From Camelus dromedarius (taxonomy: Eukaryota), in contig NC_087436.1 of the NCBI RefSeq assembly GCF_036321535.1, forward strand, positions 11,284,001-11,348,000: a DNA stretch of 64,000 bases, in the 5' to 3' direction. A model generated the notes under the pieces. That model did no database searches, was not told the DNA's origin, and worked only from the letters and a program-made list of their open reading frames with translations. Position numbers and translations under genes: made by a program. How positions within the stretch are numbered: the stretch's first letter is position 1; the number at the start of each line of letters is the position of its first letter. Of this stretch, positions 40,715 through 53,400 are shown one piece after another.

Positions 40715-42310
40715 CATTTTTTTGAGATAAAATTCACATTCCATATAATTTACCCGTTTAAACTATACAGTTCGGTGGTTCTTACTATAGTCAAGTAGTT
40801 GTGCTACCATCATCATAATCAATTTTAGTACCTTTTTATCTCCCCATAAGACAAAATCCATACCATTACCAGGTCCTCCCCACTTCTCACCAACTCTCTA
40901 ATCCTAGGCCGCTACTAATCTACTTTCTGTCTCTATAGATTTGCCTATTCTGGACATTTCATATAAATAGACTTACAATGTGTTTTTTTTCTTGTGTGAT
41001 TGGCTTCTTTTGCTTAGCTTAATGTTTTCAAGACCCATCCATGTAGTAGCATGAATTAGGAAATCATTCTTTTTTAATGGCTGAATAAAATTCCATTGTA
41101 TAGAGAAATCACATTTCGTTTATCCAGTCATCTAGTGTTTCCACTATTTGGCTACTAGGAATAATTCTGCTCTGAATGTTTGTGTACAGGTCTTTGCTTG
41201 AACATATGCTTTCAGTTCTCTTGGGTGTATACCCAAGAGTGAAACTGTTGGATTATATGGTTACTCTGTGTTTGAGTAACTTATTGAGGAACTGCCAAAC
41301 TATTTTCTACAGTGATCGCAGCAATTTACTATTCCTAAGAGCAATACAGAATGGTTTCAGTTTCTCTACATCCTCACCAATACTTGTTTTTATAGTCATC
41401 CTAATGGATGTGAAGTGGTGTCTCATTGTGATTTTGATTTGCACTTCCCCTAATGACAGGATGCTGAGCATCTTTTCATGTGCTCATTAGCCATCTGTCT
41501 ATCTTCTCTGGAGAAATGTCTATATAAATTCTTTGCACATTTTTTCCAATTGACTTAACTTGTCTTTTTATTTTTGAGTTGTAAAAGTTCTTTATATATT
41601 TTGAATACAAGGCCCTTATTGGATATATGATTTACAAATTAGTTTCTTCCATTCTTTTGGTAGTCTTTTCATTTTCCTGGTGGTGTCCTTTGAGCACAAA
41701 AGTTTTTAGTTTGTTAAAATCTAATTTGTCTACTTTTTCTTTGGTTGCTTGTGTTTTAGATGTTATATTAAAACACCACTGACTAACCCAAGATCACAAA
41801 TATTCACATTTATATTTTCTTCTAAGAGTTTTATAGTTTTGTTGCATTTATGTCTATGATCCATTTGGAGTTACATATTGTATTTGGTGTGAGGAAGGGT
41901 TTCAGCCTCTTTTGCATGTGGTTATCCAGTTGTTCTAGCACCATTTGTTGAAATCACTATTCTTTCCCCCATTGAATTATGTTGGAACTACTGTAAAAAA
42001 TCTGTTGACCACAAATGTAAGGTTTTATTTCTGGACTCTCAGTTCTGTTTTATTGATCTATATGTCAATCCTTGAACTAACCCTATACTGTCTTGATTAT
42101 GGCAGTATTGTAGCAAGTTTTAAAATCTGGATGTGTGAGTCCTCCAATTTTGTAGCTCTTCAAGATTGTTTTGATTATTCTGGTTCCTCTGAATTTCCAT
42201 ATCAGCTTGTCAGTTTCTACAAGGAGCCAGCTGTGGCTTGGATAGCATTTTGTTTAATCTGCAGGGAAGTACTGCCATCTTGACAATTAAGTTTTCCAAT
42301 ACATGAACAA
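40715..42310 (-). mobile_element. Older L1 (3'UTR and ORF2 C-terminal region)
   Basis: TTTGCCTATTCTGGACATTTCATATAAAT, GAGGAACTGCCAAACT, GGAGAAATGTCTAT, CCAGTTGTTCTAGCACCATTTGTTGAA. Confidence 0.85.
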
Positions 42311-42399
42311 GGGCCCTTGAATAACACAGGTTTGAATTGTGAAGGTCCACTTATGTGGATTTTTTTTTTCACTAAATAAGTACCACTGTACTACCCAAC

Positions 42400-42655
42400 C
42401 CAAGAACAAGGCACCAACAGATTCAGTGTCTGGTGTGAGCCTACTTCTTTGTTCATGGATGGTCGTCTTATTGTTGTGTCTTCACATGGTGGTAAGGGAA
42501 GGGAGCTCTGTGGGTTCTACATTGTAAGGGCACTAATCCCAATCACAAGGGCTCCACCCTCATGACCTAATAATCTCCCAAAGGCCCCTATCCATTGGAA
42601 ATTAGGTTTCAACATATGAATTTTGGGGGAAAACAAACATTCATCCTATAGCACC
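42400..42655. mobile_element. Partial MLT1A-like LTR
   Basis: CAAGGCACCAACAGATTCAGTGTCTGGTG..AAGGGCACTAATCCC..CTCCCAAAGGCCCC..AACATATGAATTTTGGGG. Confidence 0.7.
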
Positions 42656-43187
42656 TGAATAAATGTTTCTCTGTTTGCTCTATTCTCTTAGAACAATTTC
42701 CAGAGGATTTAAATATTAAAAATAATAATAATAATTTTCACCAGCTATGGTTGATTCACAGGGAACAGGGACCACAGAGTTCTTCATATCACCACTTTAA
42801 GTAACCCTCCAGGTTATGTATATTTTAAACATTGGTACTTAGTGGCAAATTGCTGTCTAGAAAAGCTTCACCACTTTGCATTTCCAATAGCAAGTAATGA
42901 GAATGTGTATTCCCCATACTCTTGCCAAAACTGAGTATTATCAATACTTTTAGTCTGCCTGTCTCATAAGCAAAAAAACCATCTCATTATGTTCAAATTT
43001 TTGGCAGTCTGAGTTGAGAGATGACTCCTAGAAGAGGCATACTGCATATTCTTGCTGCTAAATTAATTATAGTTAACACCCCACCATGACTGTCAGGTAA
43101 ATGAAAAATGAAGGAGGTAGAAGTTTCTAGAAATAAAGCAAGAGGCTGCTTTCATGTCTTTGGGAGGTGGTCAAAATAAACTGCCTA

Positions 43188-43630
43188 GGACCAGCCCCAG
43201 GACTCCCCTGGACACACAGGCAGCCATGCTGGTATCCAGCCCCAAATACCCAATGGCTGGCACAAGCCCTGGGACCCCCAGGCCACATACCTAGCCTCAC
43301 CATGACCTGGCCCTACCCACCAGTGGACTGGCAGCCACTACATGAGGCAGGGCTTGGCAGCCAGTCGGGCTGTGGGCCAAAGCCACCTACCAACACGCCC
43401 ACAGAAGAGCCCACACAACCAATCTAGGGGGCACACTAGAGCACATAACTCTGGTGACAGAGAGGAGTGTGCTGCTGGGCCCCATAGGATGTCGTCTACA
43501 TAAGGCCACTTCTCCAAGATTGGGAAATGTAACTTACTTCCCTAAGACATAGAAATAAACACAGAGAATTAGGCAAAATGAGGAGATGGAGGAATATGTT
43601 ACAAACAAACAAGATAAATATCCAGAAGAA
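43188..43630 (+). mobile_element. L1 5'UTR and ORF1-start-like fragment
   Basis: C-rich 5'UTR-like sequence ending in AGGCAAAATGAGGAGATGGAGGAATATG...CAAGATAAATATCCAGAAGAA, resembling the ORF1 N-terminus (MRRQRNM..EQDK.PE) of older mammalian L1s. Confidence 0.55.
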
Positions 43631-43658
43631 TATCAAATAGCAGGCCTTGTTCTGAGTC

Positions 43659-44406
43659 AGATTCACCATAAAACAAGAGAAAGAGAAGAGGAGAAATGCC
43701 AAGTTAGATGAAAAAACTAGGGAGCATTTAAGAAGAAAAGAAGAGCGATATAATGAAGAAGCTGAAATGAAGCAGCAGCTTGAACTCACTCTCCGAGCCC
43801 TGGAAATGGAACTGAAGGGTATAAGAAATAATCCAAATCAGGTTGTAGAAAAGCGAAATGACTCTGAGAGGCAATGTTCTCGAGAGCAGAATGCAAAATA
43901 TTACAAGATGAAATCCTGACCAATCACCTTTCCAAACAAAAGGAGACAGAAATGGCTAATAAGGAAAGGAGTGCTGAGGTTTCTCATAGTCATGAAAAAG
44001 ACCTGTTGCATAAAACCCACATGTTACAGAAAGAAACTGTCAGGCTGAAATGAGAAAAAGAAACAATAAAAAATCAGAACCAAGAAAAGGAAAATGAGTA
44101 TTTTGAGACATTGAAATTGTAAAAGAAAAGAATGATCTTCAAAAGAAAGTAAAACAGAATGAGGAGAACATTATTCCAATATAGTGGACAGCTTAATGTT
44201 CTGACAGCAGAAAAGACAATGCCAAACTCTAAACTGGAGAATGAAAAGCAAGCAAAGAAAGACTGGAAACAAACGTTGAAACATACCATTCTAGATGGAC
44301 TATTGCCGTCCACAGTCATGATCAAAGTCAGGCAGTAAAGAGCGACCTAGAACTTCCTTCCAGAGAGCAAAAGATGAGTGCTTTCACTTACAGGACAGAA
44401 TGAATG
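43659..44406 (+). pseudogene. ANKRD26-family (CCDC144-type coiled-coil) processed pseudogene fragment
   Basis: Translates with frameshifts as [107 protein letters not shown], matching the ANKRD26 coiled-coil region. Premature TGA at 44051. Confidence 0.85.
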
Positions 44407-44483
44407 TGTTGTTTTGTTTTTTGTTTTGTTTTTGCCAAGTTGCTTTATTTAGTAGAATTTTACATTATGCAAAATATAAATAA

Positions 44484-45020
<537 letters not shown>

Positions 45021-45337
45021 TTTTAAAAATTAAGAAAAAGTAAAACCCCAAAATATTAAGAAAAATTGTTGAGACTACCAATGTAGGTCATTGAGAAGTG
45101 AAGATTATTAGGGGAACAATCATTTAATATAAAAAAAAAACTAATTGTATAAATTGAAACTTTTAAGAAATATAGTTGCTATATTTATATTGAAAGGTAA
45201 GAAAATATCTTTCAGCACTGAAAAACCTGGTAAATTTTCGTAACTCATTGGGTATAAAAAGAAATTAAGCATGAGTAAACTGGTCTGCTGCGTAGCATTT
45301 ATTATTACATTTGTTTCTCTTTTGCTTCCAAATACAG

Positions 45338-47370
45338 GTCTTTTTCTGTCTAACCTCACCGGGTCTGTCAGAAGAAGAGTGAAGGAAAGGATGTAATTGT
45401 GTGATTGCTTAGAAGTTCCTGGACGAAAAGGAGTTGTTTGAAAGCACCTGGGATGGTTGATTAGCTTCACAGGATTCTCTTCTTCCTGGTTTCTCTTTAG
45501 AGGCAAAATAACATAAATTCAAAAGCAGTCCAGTTTGAAGTATATTTATTTGCTTGCATAACAAAATTCTCTCTTCTTCTGCACATTATTATTCTTACCT
45601 GAGTTAAGAAGAAAAACTGTTTTAATGTCTTAGAACTCTCTAATAGTAAAATGTGCAAGAGTTTAAAATTGTTCTTTCACATTCCTATAGTTTTCCAAAG
45701 GTATTAAAATTACTTTATATATGTTTGAGTGATTTTCTTTTTATTCTACATCTGAAATCAATTCCATTGACTATTTGACTTTAAAGTTTAGGGAGAAAAT
45801 AATTGGTTCATTGATTATATAGAGAGACTAAGAAAGAAGTTACTAATTTCTACCAATTTTATATAATAGGCTTTAATGTTTATGTACGTTATTTTTACTT
45901 TGAATAATACCCACTTAAAGTTGTAAAACAAAGTCTGAAATAATTGTAGTTCATTTTATATTATAACTGAAATGTTCATTTCAAAAACCTGTTTCTCCAC
46001 ATGTAGTCATAAGAAACCAATGTTCGATTTCCTTTGAAGTTCTGTTTTATGTTCTTAATTCATTTGTGTCGATAGCTTCTTAGAAAAGCCAACTTAAAAC
46101 TGACATTTAAAATACACCTATGCCAATGAAGTCTCAAGCAGGGCAGGGTCTGTCTCTAACATATGAGTGCTCAACACTCTGCTAGGCTTTGTTTTGATGT
46201 TATTCAACTTGTGATGAGACGTGTAAATACAAAATCAGAAGGAATTTAAATATTTGATTACCTAAGAAGGAAACTGTCCTGTCTGAACTGTACTGATATG
46301 ATAATCAGTTGTTCCAAAGTTGTTAAATATGCTCTTAATTTGTATTTATTCAAAGACTGTTTAGCTCAGTGCCATAAAGTTTTTATTATTTTACAGTTAA
46401 GATAATTCCAGATATGAAATTTACACATTCATGTCTTGACTAGAAATTTTACTTTATAAACATTCTAGAGCCATAAACCATTATCTCTTATTTTGCTAAA
46501 ATAAAAGATTGGGATTAATGTATGAAGAATTTGAAATAGAAATTCTGACATCATGAATGTTTGTCTCCCTTTCATAGCTTCTTAACAGTGTCTTTTGCAA
46601 TGGGAGGTGATTATACAAAGTACTGTAATTAAATTCACACACAAAAGATGTTTTGTGAAACATGTTATTTCATTATTTAAATTGGATATTTTGGGGAAAC
46701 TCTAAATGATTTCTGGGTGAATTATAATTCCTTTACACAAGTGCATTTCAGTAGAAACACAAGCTATTTACAATTATATTTAAAACATGTATGTACTTAT
46801 TTATATAATTTGTACAAAAAGAGAAAAAAACAATATACAGTTCAGGTATATTTCATGGACTACAAGCCTACACTTTTGCAAGTACAGATTCCCATATTCA
46901 CAGAAAAAGTTAAAAACCACCCCTCCCATTGTAAGGTAGTTAAATGGTTATGCACATCTGCTCATACAATTTCAATAACTGTTCAATAAAACACTCAGTG
47001 ATCTGAGTTCTAGTTGTCCTTACTTGTATAAGAAACATTCAGATTGTGGAACACAGTATGGTAGATGGGTTCCTGATACTTGTCTCTGTTTCCATTGTTC
47101 CTTTTTAAGACTGATCGTACCCTGCCACTGCAGATCTTTTACCTCACTCAAGATTATCAGAGGAAAGGCAAAGAGTCTCTCAACAACCAGTGACACATTT
47201 GCTGAAGGTGGCACACCAGAACAAGCCCATGGCAATGGAGCCATATTTTTTTCACTGGCAAGGTGGAGGGGGAGACCAGAGGAGTGTTAAACTATGTGTA
47301 CTTTACCTTCTTTGTGATTTGGTGTTTGTTTTATTCTTTTTTCTATTAAAAGTTCTTTGCAATTTCTAAC
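45338..47370 (+). other. APELA: Probable APELA exon 3 (entirely 3'UTR); 3' end uncertain
   Basis: Pyrimidine tract TTTGTTTCTCTTTTGCTTCC followed by AAATACAG| acceptor ending at 45337, then about 2 kb of repeat-free AU-rich sequence. Candidate polyA signals: AATAAA 46500 and 46985, ATTAAA 47345. The first ~200 nt resemble my recollection of the human APELA 3'UTR (unverified). Confidence 0.72.
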
Positions 47371-47689
47371 ATTTTCAGAACACAAAGGAAAAATTTTATA
47401 TCGTTTCATCAAGATGGTTGAGGGGACCAGAAATAATGGTGCCACCACAATTTGGGGCTATGGGATGAGTCACTGAAGTGGAGCAGAGTAGTGGATCAAA
47501 GAAGAGTTGTAAATGTTGATCCCTTCTTTCCTGGCTCAGTCCCTTCCAAACTCTGTGAAATCAGTGAAGGCTTTGGTCCCTACACCATTTTCACTCTTTC
47601 CCAGGGCCAGTACTTGAATAAGTAGGTGCAACATCTAACAGTGTGCCCAAAACCTCAGTAATCAAGATAAGTAACACCATTTTAATGCC

Positions 47690-47890
47690 TTTCTTAAATG
47701 TAATGAAATGTAGTTGATTTAAAATGTTAGCTTCAGGTGTAAAGCAAAGTGATTCAGTTATACATACATATATATTTTTTCAGATTCTTTTCCATTACAG
47801 CTCATTACAAGAAACTGAATGTAGTTCCCTGTGCCACACGGTAGGTCCTTGTTGTTTCCTTATTTTATATATAGTAATGTGTATCTTTTA
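47690..47890 (-). mobile_element. L1 3' end
   Basis: GTAGTTGATTT..TTCAGGTGTAAAGCAAAGTGATTCAGTTATAC. Confidence 0.75.
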
Positions 47891-48969
47891 ATGCCATGTA
47901 AAAAAATTAAACACCAAACAATGCATGATGAGCAAAATATCAAACTTTAGGTAAATACAGGATCTGAGCCATGTCAGAGCCTGAGGCAAAAGATAAAAAT
48001 TAGTAAACTAGCTCTCATCCTGTCAGTAACTAGAGCTTGTCTTAGGACATTGGACCCTGAGTCCAGCCCTCCATTTCTTCCCTTTGTTCTCACATCACCA
48101 AATGACTTCACTCCCTAAACTCTAGATCTATATCCCATCTTCCATGATTGGCTTCCACCTGGCCAGGGTGATCATGGACAGAACACTGGATTCTAGCCCT
48201 GGCTTCTTTTTATATCTAAGCTCTCACCCTACTATAAAATCGTATAATTGGATTCCAAGGAGTCTTGGTAAGAGATAATGTGGTTGATAATTTGAGGCTC
48301 TGGCCCCTGTCAACCACCTCTGGAAATTTGTCATCTGATTGTACACTAGAACATATAAGAACTACCTACACCATCTCCTGACTCTACCTTTTGGATGATT
48401 ACAATACTCTTATTTTTGCAAGTTCTCATAGTATCTTATATCAACTGTTTTGTGGCACTTGCTATGTAAGAGGTCGTATAATATCCTTCAAAATTTTTAA
48501 CTTGGAGTTTCTTAAAGCTTATCTGTCCTTTCATTTACCCACAGAATAAGCATAAAGCCATCATAAAGCATGTGAGGAGGTGATCTCACTGATGGCTGTG
48601 GCTGGAAGCAGATGCTGCCTTTGACTCACTGTGGGGGTTTCAGCATCCTTCATGTTAGTTATTTTATGTAAATGAGGAATCTAAGATTATAATATACGTG
48701 AACTGCATGGAGCTTCTGACGATACTCAAATTTTGTAAACAACTTTAACTTGTTTTAGAACAAAACATACATTTTGTTACCTAATAAGCATTTTTACTAT
48801 AACAATATTTCTATTCTGGACTTCCCTATTACTGTGAATAATATGGGGGGAGGTGAGTTTTTTGTCCTATATGTTTAGAAATATCTGTTCATCTCTATGA
48901 TTTTTCCTTAAGAATTAAAGGATAGTAAATATTATCAGGTAACCAGACCCTTATCAAGTCTCACTGTTG

Positions 48970-49048
48970 TTGGAGGGTATATATAGCTCAAGTGGTAACA
49001 AAAATAAATACCCTAATTACCACCCCCCAAAACAAAACAAAAACCCAA
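48970..49048 (+). mobile_element. Internally deleted vic-1-like SINE
   Basis: GGAGGGTATATATAGCTCAAGTGGTA joined directly to the tail; 14-bp TSD AAGTCTCACTGTTG at 48956-48969 and 49049-49062. Confidence 0.8.
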
Positions 49049-49955
49049 AAGTCTCACTGTTGAGAAGTTGACTGCTGGTGTCTTCTGGAGTCCAGAAGTT
49101 ATTGCTGGTTAGTTGTTTTTTGCTTAAAAACGTTTTTAACTTGGTATTGAGTAAGAGCAAAAACTATATTGGTATATAGCCATTTCTCAGTTTTTCTATT
49201 TTTAATGGAATGTTTCCTGTAAGGGCGTGTTAGTATGTCAGTTTGCAAACTATCTTCTTCCAGTGCATTGTACACAAAGCTTTTGTGTTCCATAACTCAA
49301 ACAGTTACACTTAACTAAATATGACTTGTATAAACTGAGCCTCAAGGGTCATGAAAAGTTCAAATACTACAAACAAAACAAAAATATTTCCAATTCTTCA
49401 GCATTTGGAAAAAATCTTTTAATAATATTAGCTTTGAAAAATGAAAAAGTTCTAAACTTGCAATATGATTTTTTTTTAATGATGTTTGCTGTTAAACATT
49501 CTTTCCTGTGATGAGATTGTACATGAGTTACTCATACCATGATTTTTGGAGTTCTGATTTTGGAATGTCTGAGCCTTTCTTTTTCATTATTTAGTTTTAA
49601 TTTAATTTAAAGAGAACACTTATTAGTAAGGAAGGGAGAGAAAAAAGAAAAGAAGGGGTCTACCCTTTGCAAAGTGGTTTCTCAATAACCTTATGGGATT
49701 AAGTACCACTTTGCCCATTGTTAGATGAGGAAACAGGAACTAAGAAAATGAGAGTAACCTGAAGTCACACAGCTAGTAAACTGATACAGGTGGAATACAA
49801 AGCCAAGTACCTTCCAAATGAGCTCTTAAGCTCTAGGATATAAGTGGAGTTTTAAACAACTTATTAAAGTCACCTATTTTATAATGGAATAAAAAAGGTT
49901 CCTGATCTGCAACTAAAAAACGAAGAAAAATTTTTGCTCCATGGGTTCATGCCTC

Positions 49956-50500
49956 TGAAACTTGAGCACAACCCTGTGGGGTCCTCTTGGATGCAAGTCC
50001 TTTCCATGTCGCTTATTTCTTGTTTGTAGGAAAAAAGGCTTCAGCTTCTTAGACCTTCCTTCTCTAAGTACCAAAGGGCAGATTCAAACAGTTGCTAATC
50101 AGGAAAGTGAGGGAATGCAGAAACAAGGAAGGGGCACTCAAGAAATAACAGTGCAATGAGGAGGCAGGTTCCTGGCTCCTTCAGAAGGAATATACACAAC
50201 AATAGCTTCTGCAGGAACCAAGGCCCCACCCAGGTGGAGAATGGTAACTTCAGTCTGAGCACAGGATTCCTGGAGCACAGCCCTGTGACCTCACCACTAA
50301 CCTATCAGAAGAAAGTCCCACACCCTGCAGCTCTCCCCTCCACGTTTTGACTATAAAAACTTCTCCCCCAAACCACTGGGGTGTTCTGGGTTTTTTGAGC
50401 ACAGCCACCTGTTCCCCTTGCTTGGCCCTATAAGAAACCTTTCTCTGCTCCAAACATTTTGGTTTGGCCTCACTGTGCATCAGGTGTGGGAACCTGTGTT
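49956..50500 (+). mobile_element. ERV1-type LTR related to the 8549-9026 LTR
   Basis: CTATAAAA TATA box; CCTTGCTTGGCCCT..AAACCTTTCTCTGCTCCAAAC..TTTGGCCTCAC shared with the 8549 LTR. Confidence 0.7.
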
Positions 50501-51285
50501 GGGAACCTCATGGAAGCAGGTCGTGTAGTGATGACCACTTCAGCTTACTTAAACAGAGACCTGTGTATTTCTCTGTATGTGCATTCATACGTCATTTAAC
50601 AAAGTCTGAATTCAGTCCCTCTCAACTTTCTCTCCTTTCTTTTCAAGGACTTTTGAAAATCATTCTGTTTACTTATTTTTAAGAAGAGAAAAAAGTACCT
50701 GCATAAAATTCTTCTTTCTTTTATTTACTATCATACTTAAGCAGAATATTTATTCTAAAAATAATTGTATCAAAAGAACTTGGCTTTTTTTCTTTAAAAA
50801 GTTCTTTTCAAATAGCAAAGTCCATATATTTTTGTGTTGTTTTGTTTTAAAAAAAATTTTTTTAAAGCTTTACGAATGATACAAAACAAAATGAGACACT
50901 TAGACCTGCTCCCTCTAAATCTCACTTTTGTAGGAAACAGAAATAGGCATTTAGATGAATATACACATAAATTCATGTATATGTGCATATATAGATATCT
51001 ATATCTATAGATATAGATGCATGTGTGTATTCATATATATACACATACATATATATGTTCCACACTACATATAAAAAGCTTGTCATGTGCCTTTGCAAGC
51101 CTTTATGTATATGCGTGAAGGGCAGGCATTGGAAGAGCAACCTGCTAAAACAAGATGAAGAACCCAGAGCTCAAGACTATAAAGCATCCCAGAGAGCAAC
51201 ACGTGTAAAACAATATTCCTTGGTTGAGAAACTGATAAATTTAGAACAGTTTTAGTTCTACAAAGAAGGTGTAAGGGGGTAAAAT

Positions 51286-51815
51286 TGTAATAGAAAAGAA
51301 CAAATCTGACACCATATTAGATTTGTTCCTTTGACTTTAACCCTGTGCCCTGTTTTCTAGGCTCAGTCTTGCTGGTTCTGCACCTTTTGTTAAAGAATGT
51401 TGCCTATAGCCTGAAATATACAGGACAGTCCATTCTCAAGGCTCTGACTTTTAAGGATATTAACACTTTTGCACTTATATAAAGACAACAAGTTGCAGAA
51501 AAGAAAGTGTCATGTTTTGCTGGCAGTTTCACAAGGGCACCGTGACCTGATCCAGGTGGACAGCTTCAAGAACAAAGGATTCCAAGAACAAAAAATTCCT
51601 TCACCAAGAAGTTTGCAACAACCAACCCCTCCCCTTTTTAGTATAAAAGGAGCCTGAATTCTGACTTGAGTAGGATGGTTCTCCAGGACATTAGTCTGCC
51701 ATCTTATTGGTCTGCCAGCTTTCTGGATAAAGTTGCTATTCCTTGCCCCAGCACCTCATCTCTGGATTTCCTGGCCTGTCGAGCGGAGAGCAGAATGAGT
51801 TTGGGCTTGGTAACA
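51286..51815 (+). mobile_element. ERV1-type solo LTR (recurrent family)
   Basis: TGTAATAG...GGTAACA termini; TATA GTATAAAAGG; reverse complement of the 4628 and 21986 copies. Confidence 0.85.
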
Positions 51816-52949
51816 AAAGCCAGATAACTTCTGAAGTAGTTTGTCAGGAAGACAACGGTCATTCTTAAAAGCAATGGGTCCAGAGGCAGGATTCAGTGTA
51901 TAACAATGAACTCTTCAGGTTAATTAGCACTTATAGGTAAACTGGCCCCATCCTGTTGAATTTTGCTGTACCCTGCAAAGCAGGGTCAACCTTTCAGGAT
52001 TCAGTATCAAAAGGAAAAAGTTCCCTTCTTAAGGAATTTTATATGTCATCAACTGTGAATAGGAATGATAATATAGTAATTATTTTGTATCTTAGAGTAT
52101 TTAAATTAAAACCATATACTCACCCCACAGTAAAAGAACAAAAAGAGGGGAAGCTGCTGCCACCAGCAATTCAAAATGTTTAGGGAACACAACTTTCACA
52201 GTATCTGTTGAGGATTCTCTAACCTGCACCTGTATTTACCTGCCCACCACGCACGACTTCTTGGATCTCTTAAAGGCACCCAAAGACCTGTTTCATGAAT
52301 CATGGCCATTCTTTCAAGATTCAAATATTATTATATCACGTTAATGGTTAAAAATGCTTCACTACATTTCCTTTGCACTTAAAAAAGACCAAACTCTTAA
52401 CCTTCGACTGAAAGGTCTTGCAGCAGTGTTTCTCGCCCATCTCCCCAGCTTCCTGAAGGCCGTTTCTCACCTTTACTACTTCCTGCACCTCCCTGCTCCG
52501 CCCAGGTGCCAGCCACACCAACCTCGATCCTGCATCATGTACCAAGTTCCTCAGCCTTGATGGCCTCCTCACTGGCTCCTCCTTCATCCTTGACCACATT
52601 ACCCTTCACTTCAACTAACTAAATTCACTCTTCAAATTCCACCGCACCCCCGACACTTCCTAAGGAGAGGTCTCAGGGAGCACAAGTCCAGACAGGACAC
52701 AAAGTGCAGGGCGGGGCAGACCCACCCAGTCACCCACCCTGAGGCAACTGATCCTGGAGATGCCTGTTCTTGGAAACCAAACCACTCCTCCCCTGCAGCA
52801 CCCTGTGACCCCAGACCACCAGAAACGGTTAGGAGATGGCGGTGACGCTTTTGACAACTCCCGCAGCTGACTTTGACACTCACCGTGCTCACGGGACTCA
52901 AAGCAGTAATAACGTGAAAAGGCCCCACTGGGAACCAGATGATCGGCAG

Positions 52950-53400
52950 AAGCCAACGTCGGCCGGATCACTTTGGAAACCTGCCCCCCTACCCCATCCC
53001 CCAGGCTCAGGGGCTCGTCCGGGGCTCCCGCCCCGTCACTGAGCATGCGCAGGCCCACCCCTGCCCGTTTCTGGGGGAACCGCCAATCACCGCGCGCCCG
53101 GTGCGCGCCATTTCCTGAGACCGGCCGCTCTGGGGCGTGAGGCCTGCGCCCTGCGCCGGCGCCTCGAGGCTCCTCACAGTCGCCGGCTGGAGAGAGTTGG
53201 GCCGCGCGCTTCAGGTGAGCAGGGAGGGCGAGAGGAAGGGCGGAGGGGGCTTCGCTGAGCGGGGCTTCGCTGGGCGTCTCCCTGCCCTGGACCTCGGGGT
53301 CTCCTCAGACTGCGGCGGTGCGGGGGTGGCGGACGGCGCACAGTGACGGAGACTGACCTGGACGGCGGTTTGGGAATTGCTGCATTATTTCCAAGGAGTT
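52950..53400 (+). promoter_or_regulatory. CpG-island promoter and non-coding exon 1 of the TRIM60-like gene
   Basis: High CpG density; GC box 53027-53034, NRF1-like GCATGCGCA 53043-53051, CCAAT 53083, YY1-like CGCCATTT 53106-53113; strong donor CAG|GTGAGC at 53215. Confidence 0.75.
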
